DNA from: Burkholderiales bacterium
GTDB lineage: Bacteria; Pseudomonadota; Gammaproteobacteria; Burkholderiales; JACQAP01
Direction: 5' to 3'
Length of the DNA: 28,602 nucleotides
NCBI GenBank assembly: GCA_035573615.1
Contig: DATMZQ010000007.1
Location: forward strand, 1 to 28,602
The translations under genes and the position numbers were made by a program. The notes beneath the pieces were generated by a model, which made no database searches, was not told where the DNA came from, and saw only the letters and a program-made list of their open reading frames with translations. Below are positions 20,217-28,602 of the stretch, piece by piece; position 1 is the first letter of the stretch, and each line of letters starts with the position of its first letter.

Positions 20217-20963
20217 ATGTCGGTCACCATGCGGCAAATGTTGGAAGCGGGCGTCCATTTCGGACATCAAACCCGTTACTGGAATCCAAAGATGGCGCCT
20301 TTCATTTTCGGCCATCGCAACAAGATTCATATCATCAATCTCGAAAAGACCCTGGCGATGTACCAGGAAGCTGTCAAATTCGTGCGTCAACTCTCTTCGA
20401 ACAAAGGCAGCATCCTGTTCGTTGGGACCAAACGCCAGGCGCGTGAAATCATTCGCGAAGAGGCCATGCGAGCCGGCACGCCTTTCGTCGATCATCGCTG
20501 GCTGGGTGGGATGCTGACCAATTTCAAGACCGTAAAAATTTCGATCAAGCGCTTGCGTGATATGGAATTGATGGTGCAGGACGGCTCCCTGGAGAAGCTT
20601 TCTAAAAAGGAACAGCTCAATTTCCAGCGTGAAATGGTGAAACTTGATCGCAGCCTGGGCGGCATCAAAGAAATGAACGGGCTGCCCGATGCCTTGTTCG
20701 TCATCGATGTTGGCTATCAGAAGGGCGCCATCACCGAAGCGAACAAGCTCGGCATTCCGGTAGTGGGTGTGGTGGATACCAATCATTCGCCAGATGGTGT
20801 CGACTACGTCATTCCAGGCAACGACGACGCCAGTCGCGCGGTGCGCTTGTATGCGCGCGGAATTGCGGACGCGATCCTCGAGGGACGCAGCCAGACCATC
20901 AAGGAAATCGTGAGCGACGAATTCGTGGAAGTCGACAGTTCGGAAGAACAGGCGACCGCGTGA
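20217..20963 (+). CDS. rpsB: 30S ribosomal protein S2
   Basis: [41 protein letters not shown] and VDTNHSPD...IPGNDDA; AGGAG SD. Confidence 0.99.
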   Translation: MSVTMRQMLEAGVHFGHQTRYWNPKMAPFIFGHRNKIHIINLEKTLAMYQEAVKFVRQLSSNKGSILFVGTKRQAREIIREEAMRAGTPFVDHRWLGGMLTNFKTVKISIKRLRDMELMVQDGSLEKLSKKEQLNFQREMVKLDRSLGGIKEMNGLPDALFVIDVGYQKGAITEANKLGIPVVGVVDTNHSPDGVDYVIPGNDDASRAVRLYARGIADAILEGRSQTIKEIVSDEFVEVDSSEEQATA

Positions 20964-20983
20964 TTGATTCTCGCGTCGCAAAC

Positions 20984-21007
20984 AAAGGGGCGAACGCCCC
21001 TTTTTTT
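20984..21007 (+). terminator. Intrinsic terminator/attenuator between rpsB and tsf
   Basis: AAA-GGGGC-GAAC-GCCCC followed by seven T. Confidence 0.85.
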
Positions 21008-21076
21008 GCAACTGGACTTTATAACTGAGACGCTGGCGGAACAACGAGCGGACGGTACTCAAGGAGCAAGCAAGAT

Positions 21077-21961
21077 ATGGCGGACATTACCGCGGGCATG
21101 GTCAAGGAACTGCGTGAGCGCACCGGGCTCGGCATGATGGAATGCAAGAGGGCGCTCGAAGAAGCGGGCGGCGATTTGAAAAAGGCGGAGGATCTGTTGC
21201 GCATCAAGAGCGGTGCCAAGGCGGGTAAGATGGCGAGCCGTGTAGCGGCCGAGGGCGCCATCGGCGCCTATGTTTCGCCAGACCGGAAGCGGGGCGCGTT
21301 GGTCGAAATAAATTGCGAAACTGATTTTGTCGCCAAGGATCCGCATTTCGCCGGGTTCGTAAAATCGGTTGCTGAACTGGCAGCCGCCAGTGCTATCACT
21401 GCGGTCGATGCGCTGGCGCAAGAGCAACTCCCCTCAGGACAGAGCGTCGAATCGGCACGCCAGGCGCTTGTCATGAAGCTGGGCGAGAACCTGAGTGTGC
21501 GCCGCGTTGCGGTCCACAAGGCGAAGGGCAAGCTTGCGCATTATCTGCATGGCACGAAGATCGGCGTAATGCTCGACCTGGAAGGCGGCGATGATGTTCT
21601 TGGCAAGGATCTGGCGATGCATATTGCGGCATCCAAGCCGCTGGCCATTTCAAAAGATCAGGTGTCGGCTGAGCTGATCGCGCGTGAACGGGATATTGCG
21701 AGGGCGCGCGCGACGGAGTCTGGCAAGCCGGCCAATCTCATTGACAAGATCGTGGATGGCAGCGTCCAGAAGTATCTTGCGGAAGTTACTTTGCTCGGAC
21801 AGCCCTTTGTGAAGGATGACAAAGTTAGCGTCGAAAAGCTGCTAACGGCCAGGAGCGCAAAAGTGAATGCCTTCACCGTGTTCATCGTCGGCGAAGGTAT
21901 CGAAAAAAAATCGAGCGATTTTGCCGCGGAAGTCGCTGCCCAGGCCGCTCAGGCGCGTTGA
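21077..21961 (+). CDS. tsf: Elongation factor Ts
   Basis: [44 protein letters not shown] and GEGIEKK; AAGGAG SD. Confidence 0.99.
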   Translation: MADITAGMVKELRERTGLGMMECKRALEEAGGDLKKAEDLLRIKSGAKAGKMASRVAAEGAIGAYVSPDRKRGALVEINCETDFVAKDPHFAGFVKSVAELAAASAITAVDALAQEQLPSGQSVESARQALVMKLGENLSVRRVAVHKAKGKLAHYLHGTKIGVMLDLEGGDDVLGKDLAMHIAASKPLAISKDQVSAELIARERDIARARATESGKPANLIDKIVDGSVQKYLAEVTLLGQPFVKDDKVSVEKLLTARSAKVNAFTVFIVGEGIEKKSSDFAAEVAAQAAQAR

Positions 21962-21977
21962 ACGCACCGAGCCGCGC

Positions 21978-22691
21978 ATGAAACCAGCGTACAAGCGTGT
22001 CCTGCTGAAACTATCGGGAGAAGCCCTGATGGGGGATGACGCTTATGGTATCAATCGCGAAACCATCGATCGCATCACTGCCGAGGTGAAGGAGGTTATT
22101 AACCTCGGCGTCGAAGTAGGCGTAGTAATCGGCGGTGGCAATATCTTTCGCGGCGTGGCACCGGCCGCGGCCGGCATGGACCGGGCCACGGCCGACTACA
22201 TGGGTATGCTTGCCACGGTGATGAACGCGCTGGCCCTGCAGGATGCGATGCGCCGCCATGGACTAAAGAGCCGCGTACTATCGGCCCTGAATATCGAGCA
22301 GGTTGCCGAACCATATATCCGCGGCAAGGCAATGCGGTATCTTGAAGAAGGCAGAGTCGTCATTTTTGCCGCCGGGACCGGCAATCCTTTTTTCACCACC
22401 GATACGGCAGCGGCATTGCGCGGCATGGAAATGAATGTCGACATTGTGTTGAAGGCGACCAAGGTGGATGGCGTCTATACCGATGACCCGAAGTCGCATC
22501 CGGATGCCATGCGCTACCAGCGCATCAGTTTCGATGAGGCTATCGTCAAGAAGCTCAAGGTGATGGATGCTACCGCCCTGACACTGTGCCGCGATCAGAA
22601 GCTGCCGATTTGCGTGTTCAGCATATTCAAATTTGGCGCGCTGACCAGGGTAGTCTTGGGCGAGGACGAAGGTACGCTGGTCCACGCCTGA
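21978..22691 (+). CDS. pyrH: Uridylate kinase
   Basis: [42 protein letters not shown] and KVMDATA; start set to ATG 21978. Confidence 0.98.
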   Translation: MKPAYKRVLLKLSGEALMGDDAYGINRETIDRITAEVKEVINLGVEVGVVIGGGNIFRGVAPAAAGMDRATADYMGMLATVMNALALQDAMRRHGLKSRVLSALNIEQVAEPYIRGKAMRYLEEGRVVIFAAGTGNPFFTTDTAAALRGMEMNVDIVLKATKVDGVYTDDPKSHPDAMRYQRISFDEAIVKKLKVMDATALTLCRDQKLPICVFSIFKFGALTRVVLGEDEGTLVHA

Positions 22692-22711
22692 AGTCGTGAG
22701 GAGAAAAGGAC

Positions 22712-23272
22712 ATGACCGTCGCAGACGTCAAGAAGTCAGCCGACCAGAAAATGCACAAGACGCTGGAAGCGCTAAAGGCCGACCTGGGCAAGGTTCGCAC
22801 CGGTCGGGCGCACACCGGAATTCTCGACCATGTCCACGTGGACTACTACGGCAATGCGACACCACTCGGCCAGGTGGCAAACCTGTCGCTCCTCGACGCG
22901 CGCACGATTAGCGTGACCCCTTGGGAAAAAAAGATGGTCCCGGCGATCGAAAAGGCTATCCGGGAGGCTGGTCTTGGACTCAATCCGTCATCGATGGGCG
23001 AGCTGATCAGGGTGCCGATGCCCGCGCTCACTGAGGAACGACGGCGTGATTTGACCAAAGTCGTGCGGGCGGAAGCGGAAAATGCGCGGGTTGCCGTGCG
23101 CAACGTGCGGCGTGATGCAAACACGGGGCTAAAGGATTTACTCAAGGGCAAAGCGATTTCAGAAGACGACGACCGGCGCGCGCAGGACGACATCCAGAAG
23201 CTTACTGATCGCTACATTGCCGAAATTGACAAGGCTCTTGCGGCAAAGGAAGCGGATTTAATGGCCGTCTGA
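22712..23272 (+). CDS. frr: Ribosome recycling factor
   Basis: [29 protein letters not shown] and IQKLTD; AAGGA SD. Confidence 0.98.
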   Translation: MTVADVKKSADQKMHKTLEALKADLGKVRTGRAHTGILDHVHVDYYGNATPLGQVANLSLLDARTISVTPWEKKMVPAIEKAIREAGLGLNPSSMGELIRVPMPALTEERRRDLTKVVRAEAENARVAVRNVRRDANTGLKDLLKGKAISEDDDRRAQDDIQKLTDRYIAEIDKALAAKEADLMAV

Positions 23273-23280
23273 TAACCCGC

Positions 23281-24072
23281 GTGTACAAGAGCTCGACCAT
23301 CGCGATACCTCCAGTTGGCCCAGTGCCGCGCCATATCGCCATTATCATGGACGGCAATGGACGCTGGGCAAAAAGCCGGTTCCTGCCGCGAGTTGCCGGC
23401 CACAAGCGCGGGCTTGAGGCCGTGCGCGCCGTGACAAAAGCATGCATAACACAGGGTGTTCAATATTTGACCTTGTTCGCCTTTAGCAGCGAGAACTGGC
23501 GCCGTCCGCAGGAGGAAGTGACGTTTCTGATGGAATTGTTCGTGATTGCGCTTGAGCAGGAAGTCGCAAGACTGCACGAAAATCAAATCCGGTTGAAAGT
23601 CGTGGGCGATCTTTCCAGCTTCGAGCCACGCCTGATCAGGATGATTGCGGAAGCCGAGACGCTGACCGCAGCAAACGAGAGGCTTACCTTGACGATCGCT
23701 GCAAATTACGGCGGCCGGTGGGATATCTTGCAGGCGCTAAACCGCATGGCGCAACATCTCCCGCAACCAGCGGGAGGCTACCGGGAGGCGCATCTGGCCC
23801 CGCATCTGGCGATGAATTACGCTCCCGAACCGGACCTGTTCGTTCGTACCGGCGGTGAACAGCGCATCAGCAATTTCCTGCTTTGGCAGCTTGCGTATAC
23901 CGAATTTTATTTTACCGAAGAACTTTGGCCCGATTTCAATGCTCAATCGTTGAGCGTCGCCATTGAGTCCTACCGAAACCGCGAGCGCAGATTCGGTCGC
24001 ACCAGCGAGCAGCTCGTCGGCGGCGTTACGCATTCCGATCCGCTGCGTGAGTCCGGTGGGGATTCCCGCTAA
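23281..24072 (+). CDS. uppS: Undecaprenyl diphosphate synthase (cis-prenyltransferase)
   Basis: [45 protein letters not shown] and RERRFG; GTG start. Confidence 0.96.
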   Translation: MYKSSTIAIPPVGPVPRHIAIIMDGNGRWAKSRFLPRVAGHKRGLEAVRAVTKACITQGVQYLTLFAFSSENWRRPQEEVTFLMELFVIALEQEVARLHENQIRLKVVGDLSSFEPRLIRMIAEAETLTAANERLTLTIAANYGGRWDILQALNRMAQHLPQPAGGYREAHLAPHLAMNYAPEPDLFVRTGGEQRISNFLLWQLAYTEFYFTEELWPDFNAQSLSVAIESYRNRERRFGRTSEQLVGGVTHSDPLRESGGDSR

Positions 24073-24106
24073 CCTTACAGCGGCGAGTTCGTCCGCCGCC
24101 GCATCG

Positions 24107-24934
24107 ATGCTCAGACAACGCATACTGACCGCCATTGTGCTGTTGGTCCTTTTGCTCGGATGCGCGTTCATGCTGCCGAGCCTGGCCTGGCAGTTGCTGC
24201 TGTGTGTTCCAATTGCGCTTGCCGCAGACGAATGGGCACTTCTCGCCGGATACAGCAAGCGCCTGCGCGTCGCGTTCATCGTGGTGTTATTGGGAAGTTG
24301 CGCTGCGATCATCCTCGCGTTGGCGAGCGAGCAACCGGCTGGCACAGTTGCCGCATTTTCCCGCCTGTTGTTTTCAGTTGCGCTTGTGTTCTGGACCATC
24401 CTGATTCCGCTGTGGTTGCACCGAGGTTGGCGCGTGAAATGCGCGCTGTCGCTGGGGGCTGCCGGCTGGATGGTGCTGATCCCAGCGTGGCTTGCGGCCG
24501 TCTTTTTGCAGAAGTCTCCGTTCTTGTTGCTCGCGGTACTGCTTGTCGTGTGGACTGCCGATACGGCTGCGTATTTTTCGGGGCGCCGCTTCGGGCATCG
24601 CAAACTGGCTCCGCAAATCAGTCCGGGTAAAACCTGGGAAGGTGCCATCGGTGCTTTCGCAGCCGCCCTGGTCTATGGGTTGGTTGCGAGCCTGGTGCTC
24701 CAGCCGGCCGCCAGCGGCTACGATCGGACAGCCACCCTGATTTTTGTCGCAAGTTTGACGCTGCTCAGCATTGTTGGAGACTTGTTTGAGTCGTGGATCA
24801 AGCGCAGCGCTGGCGCGAAAGACAGCGGCACCTTGCTGCCTGGACATGGCGGTGTGCTCGATCGCATCGACAGTCTCACGGCGGCATTGCCCCTGGCTGC
24901 GCTGCATTTTCTACCTGCGCTTGGCCTCACATGA
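24107..24934 (+). CDS. cdsA: Phosphatidate cytidylyltransferase
   Basis: MLRQRILTA start, multiple TM helices, [25 protein letters not shown] and KDSG.LLPGHGG.LDRID. Confidence 0.96.
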   Translation: MLRQRILTAIVLLVLLLGCAFMLPSLAWQLLLCVPIALAADEWALLAGYSKRLRVAFIVVLLGSCAAIILALASEQPAGTVAAFSRLLFSVALVFWTILIPLWLHRGWRVKCALSLGAAGWMVLIPAWLAAVFLQKSPFLLLAVLLVVWTADTAAYFSGRRFGHRKLAPQISPGKTWEGAIGAFAAALVYGLVASLVLQPAASGYDRTATLIFVASLTLLSIVGDLFESWIKRSAGAKDSGTLLPGHGGVLDRIDSLTAALPLAALHFLPALGLT

Positions 24935-26112
24935 AACGGCTTGCCATTCTTGGGTCGACGGGCAGCATCGGCATTAGCACGCTGGCGGTGGTGGATCGCC
25001 ACCCCGATCGATTCGAAGTGGTAGCGCTTTCAGCCGACCGGCAGGTAGACCGCTTGTTCGAGCAGTGCTGCCGCTATCGCCCCCGCTTCGCTGCGATGGC
25101 GAGCGACGCAGCAGCCGAGCAACTGCGTCACAAGATTGTCGATTCTGGCCTGGATTGCGAGGTATTGGCTGGCGTGACAGCTCTCGAGCAGATTGCAGGC
25201 GCTCCCGAAATCGATGCGGTAATGGCGGCAATTGTTGGTTCTGCGGGATTGCCTTCCACGCTGGCAGCTGCCCGCGCCGGCAAGCAGCTGCTGCTTGCCA
25301 ACAAGGAAGCACTGGTCATGGCGGGAGGCTTGCTGATGGATGCGGTAGTGGCCAGCGGTGCCGTGCTGCTTCCGGTCGACAGCGAGCACAATGCAATTTT
25401 TCAGGCGTTGCCGCGCGACTTCGATGGCAGCCTTTCGCATTCGGGGGTGAAACGCTTGTGGCTCACGGCGTCTGGCGGGCCGTTTCTGCGCACGGCGCGC
25501 GAACTGCTCCGCAAGGTTACGCCAGACCAAGCCTGCGCTCATCCAAAATGGGTGATGGGACGCAAGATTTCAGTCGATTCCGCGACACTGATGAACAAAG
25601 GCCTGGAGGTAATCGAGGCCAGTTTTCTGTTCCAGGCGAAACCGGCACAGATCGAGGTGGTCATACACCCGCAAAGCATTGTTCACTCGTTGGTCGAATA
25701 CATCGATGGCTCGGTGCTCGCGCAGTTGGGAAACCCGGATATGCGCACGCCGATCGCACATGCCCTGGCGTATCCGGAGCGCATCGATGCGGGCGTGCAA
25801 TCACTGGATCTGTTCACCATTGGTTCACTGCAATTCGAACGACCCGACCTGGATCGCTTCCCATGCTTGCGCCTTGCCTACCATGCCCTAGAAGCGGGCG
25901 GGAACGCGCCGGTGGTATTGAATGCGGCCAACGAGGTCGCCGTGGAGAGCTTTTTGTCCGGGCGTTTGCCGTTTGTCCGGATTGCGGGCCTGGTTGAAGA
26001 AGTGATCGCGCGTGTGACGGCTAGCCGCATGCGCACGCTTGAAGATGTGCTGGCCGCCGATGCCGAGGCGCGCGCAGTGGCCGAGCAGGAACTGGGCGCT
26101 GTAGGGATATAA
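24931..26112 (+). CDS. dxr: 1-deoxy-D-xylulose-5-phosphate reductoisomerase
   Basis: [41 protein letters not shown] and NAANE; ATGA overlap with cdsA. Confidence 0.98.
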   Translation: MKRLAILGSTGSIGISTLAVVDRHPDRFEVVALSADRQVDRLFEQCCRYRPRFAAMASDAAAEQLRHKIVDSGLDCEVLAGVTALEQIAGAPEIDAVMAAIVGSAGLPSTLAAARAGKQLLLANKEALVMAGGLLMDAVVASGAVLLPVDSEHNAIFQALPRDFDGSLSHSGVKRLWLTASGGPFLRTARELLRKVTPDQACAHPKWVMGRKISVDSATLMNKGLEVIEASFLFQAKPAQIEVVIHPQSIVHSLVEYIDGSVLAQLGNPDMRTPIAHALAYPERIDAGVQSLDLFTIGSLQFERPDLDRFPCLRLAYHALEAGGNAPVVLNAANEVAVESFLSGRLPFVRIAGLVEEVIARVTASRMRTLEDVLAADAEARAVAEQELGAVGI

Positions 26113-26130
26113 CCGGAATATAGCGAGATC

Positions 26131-27495
26131 ATGTCCATTATTTCGACTCTGATTGCATTCGTCGTCGCGCTTGGTTCACTCATCGTTTTCCACGAACTGG
26201 GCCATTACCTGGTTGCGCGATTATGCAAGGTCAAGGTACTGCGTTTCTCGCTGGGATTCGGACGCGTACTGTGGAGGCGCAAATTTGGAGCAGACCAGAC
26301 GGAGTGGGCGATATCGGCGTTCCCGCTCGGCGGCTACGTCAAGATGCTGGATGAACGTGAAGGCCCGGTCACGCGCGAAGAATTGCACCGCGCGTTCAAT
26401 CGGCAAACGGTGGCGAAGCGTTTCATCATTGTGCTTGCGGGACCAGTAGCTAATTTTCTGCTCGCCATCCTGCTCTACTGGATTTTGTTCCTTCATGGCG
26501 TGCCCGGTGTGCGACCAGTAGTCGGCGAACCGCTGCCGGGCACCCCGGCCGCGCAGGCGCAAATTGCGCCGGGCGAATTGATCGCACGCGTCGATGAGGT
26601 TCCAGTGCCGACCTGGCAAGAGCTTCGTTGGGTGCTGCTGGACCGTGCATTGCGCAAGGCGACTGTGCAGCTGGAACTGCATAGCGAACGTGGCGACATC
26701 CGTTTCCAGCGGCTCGATCTGTCATCCATCGGTCCGGACAAAATCGATACCGACCTGATACAGGCAATCGGGTTAACGCGTTACCAGCCGCCACTGAAGC
26801 CGGTGATCGGACGGCTTATTGCCGGTGGCGCGGGCGAGCGCGACGGCCTCATGGAAGGAGATCAGGTACTTGAGATCGATGGTCGCGCTATCGCGGGATG
26901 GGAAGAGCTCGTTGCGTCTGTTACAGCGGCGCCCGGACGCGCGCTGCAGTTCAATGTCCTGCGCGCAGGCACTGAGCAGCACGTGGTCGTCACACCTGAA
27001 TCAAAACACGAGGGTGGCAAGACATTGGGGCGCATAGGCGCTGCTCCCAAGATTGATGAAGCCGCGCTCAAGCGCTTGATGACAGAAGTGCACTATGGAG
27101 CGCTGGAATCCATTGCCAAAGCGGCACAGCGTACATGGGAAGTGTCGACCTTTACGTTGATGATGCTCGGCAAGATGATCATCGGGGACGTTTCGCTCAA
27201 AAATCTCAGTGGTCCGATTACTATCGCGGACTACGCCGGGCAATCGGCACAACTTGGCTGGCTGCCTTACTTGAGTTTTCTCGCACTGATCAGCATCAGC
27301 CTGGGTGTGCTCAATCTCATGCCGGTGCCGTTATTGGACGGCGGACACCTAATGTATTATGTTGCCGAAATCGTCAAGGGCAGCCCGGTATCGGAACGGG
27401 TGATGGAGGTGGGGCAGCAAGTCGGAATGGTACTGCTCTTCAGCTTAATGGCGTTTGCACTTTATAACGATATAAATCGCCTATTGGGCAGCTAA
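26131..27495 (+). CDS. rseP: Intramembrane zinc metalloprotease RseP (site-2 protease)
   Basis: HELGH, GGYVKM, AGPVANF, two PDZ-like domains and NLMPVPLLDGG. Confidence 0.97.
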   Translation: MSIISTLIAFVVALGSLIVFHELGHYLVARLCKVKVLRFSLGFGRVLWRRKFGADQTEWAISAFPLGGYVKMLDEREGPVTREELHRAFNRQTVAKRFIIVLAGPVANFLLAILLYWILFLHGVPGVRPVVGEPLPGTPAAQAQIAPGELIARVDEVPVPTWQELRWVLLDRALRKATVQLELHSERGDIRFQRLDLSSIGPDKIDTDLIQAIGLTRYQPPLKPVIGRLIAGGAGERDGLMEGDQVLEIDGRAIAGWEELVASVTAAPGRALQFNVLRAGTEQHVVVTPESKHEGGKTLGRIGAAPKIDEAALKRLMTEVHYGALESIAKAAQRTWEVSTFTLMMLGKMIIGDVSLKNLSGPITIADYAGQSAQLGWLPYLSFLALISISLGVLNLMPVPLLDGGHLMYYVAEIVKGSPVSERVMEVGQQVGMVLLFSLMAFALYNDINRLLGS

Positions 27496-27502
27496 CGAGC
27501 GG

Positions 27503-28602
27503 ATGAAGAAGCGATTATTGTTTCTGGTTCTTTCTAGCCTCATCAGTTTATCCGCCAAAGCTTTCGAACCCTTCCAAGTCAAGGATATCCGCGTAGAAGG
27601 TCTGCAACGCACCGAAGCCGGAACCGTATTCTCCTACCTTCCCATCAAAATCGGCGACACGGTTACTGAAGAACGTGCCACTGCCGCAGTCAAGGCGCTT
27701 TACGCCACCGGATTTTTCAAGGATGTCAGATTGGAGGCTGACGGCAACGTCCTGATCGTGCAGATCGAGGAAAGGCCGGCAATCGCCCAGATCGAAATAA
27801 ACGGTTCCAAGGAGTTTGATGCCAAGCAGCTCAAGGAGGGGCTGAAGGCAGTTGGCCTGGCGGAGTCGCGTATTTTCGATCGCGCGCTGCTGGAGCGCGC
27901 AGAACGCGAACTAAAGAACCAATACATCAGTCGCGGCAAATACGGAGTGCAGATCGTCACCACCATCACGCCCCTGGAGCGCAATCGCGTGGCGCTCAAT
28001 TTCGACATATCCGAGGGAGAGGTGGCAAAAATCCGCCAGATCAATATCGTCGGCAACAAGGTATTCAAGGACAAAGACCTTACCGATGAATTTGTCCTGC
28101 GCACGCCCGGCGCGCTGACCTGGTACAGTAAAAACGACCAGTATTCCAAACCAAAGCTCCAGGCCGATCTCGAAAATCTTCGTTCGTTCTATCTGAACCA
28201 GGGCTATCTCGAATTCACAATCGATTCCACTCAGGTGTCCATTTCCCCTGACAAGAAAGATATTTTCATCAACGTCAATATCACCGAGGGCAAGAAGTTC
28301 AAAGTTGCAGCCGTCAAACTGGCCGGCGATCTGATCGTGCCCGAGGCAGAGCTGAAAGCGCTGATCAAGCTGAAGCCCGGCGAGGTATTCTCACGCGAGC
28401 GCCTGACGGAGTCGACCAAGCTGATCCAAGACAGGCTTGGGAATGAAGGCTATGCGTTTGCCAGCATTAATCCGGTTCCCGAGATAGATCGGGAGAAGAA
28501 CGAAGTCGCATTCACGCTATACGTCGATCCCGGACGCCGGGTCTACGTCCGCCGCATCAGCATTTCAGGAAACACGAATACGCGCGACGAAGTCATCCGG
28601 CG
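27503..28602 (+). CDS. bamA: Outer membrane protein assembly factor BamA, 3' truncated by window edge
   Basis: Absent from the ORF track because it has no stop in the window. Signal peptide MKKRLLFLVLSSLISLSAKA, then FEPFQVKDIRVEGLQRTEAGTVFSYLP (POTRA1), YYATGFF-like LYATGFF and YLNQGY; still in frame at the end (ISGNTNTRDEVIR). Confidence 0.97.
   Translation, partial: MKKRLLFLVLSSLISLSAKAFEPFQVKDIRVEGLQRTEAGTVFSYLPIKIGDTVTEERATAAVKALYATGFFKDVRLEADGNVLIVQIEERPAIAQIEINGSKEFDAKQLKEGLKAVGLAESRIFDRALLERAERELKNQYISRGKYGVQIVTTITPLERNRVALNFDISEGEVAKIRQINIVGNKVFKDKDLTDEFVLRTPGALTWYSKNDQYSKPKLQADLENLRSFYLNQGYLEFTIDSTQVSISPDKKDIFINVNITEGKKFKVAAVKLAGDLIVPEAELKALIKLKPGEVFSRERLTESTKLIQDRLGNEGYAFASINPVPEIDREKNEVAFTLYVDPGRRVYVRRISISGNTNTRDEVIR

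Noticed and set aside
21006-21026. TTGCAA and TATAAC as a tsf promoter
   Set aside because: The hexamers are only 8 nt apart and there is no TG extension.
20202-21062. 286-aa minus-strand ORF opposite rpsB, and similar long antisense ORFs at 7213-7836, 9390-10025, 12323-13051, 17296-18069, 18172-18954, 18955-19788 and 23737-24648
   Set aside because: They lie wholly opposite well-supported genes, show no recognisable motifs, and are expected shadows of GC-rich codon usage.
21903-21910. A8 run in tsf as a programmed frameshift or phase-variation site
   Set aside because: It encodes the conserved GEGIEKK motif of EF-Ts, the frame is intact, and I saw no downstream stimulatory structure.

Overview
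A GC-rich, gap-free block of core housekeeping genes, most consistent with a betaproteobacterium (inferred from the der-hfq junction, hisZ between DUF2065 and purA, and tRNA-Leu between purA and rnr). It opens with the 3' part of a TRAP large permease and a minus-strand SPOR-domain gene. A long plus-strand run follows: ndk-rlmN-pilW-rodZ-ispG-hisS-yfgM-bamB-der-hfq-hflX-hflK-hflC-DUF2065-hisZ-purA. After a minus-strand tRNA-Leu(CAG) come rnr-rlmB, joined directly to rpsB-tsf-pyrH-frr-uppS-cdsA-dxr-rseP-bamA (3' truncated). I found no mobile element, CRISPR array, defence system or unexplained ORF, and no previously undescribed multi-gene system. The points worth a second look are small-scale: a hairpin-occluded, TTG-initiated hflX start with an overlapping 14-codon ORF; a probable ACG start for the DUF2065 gene; a 6-codon ORF ending in the hfq Shine-Dalgarno (SD); an RNase R with a basic N-terminal tail but no basic C-terminal tail; an 18-bp tandem repeat in rodZ; and the rlmB-rpsB junction. 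All family assignments come from motif recognition by eye; no database search or folding computation was run.
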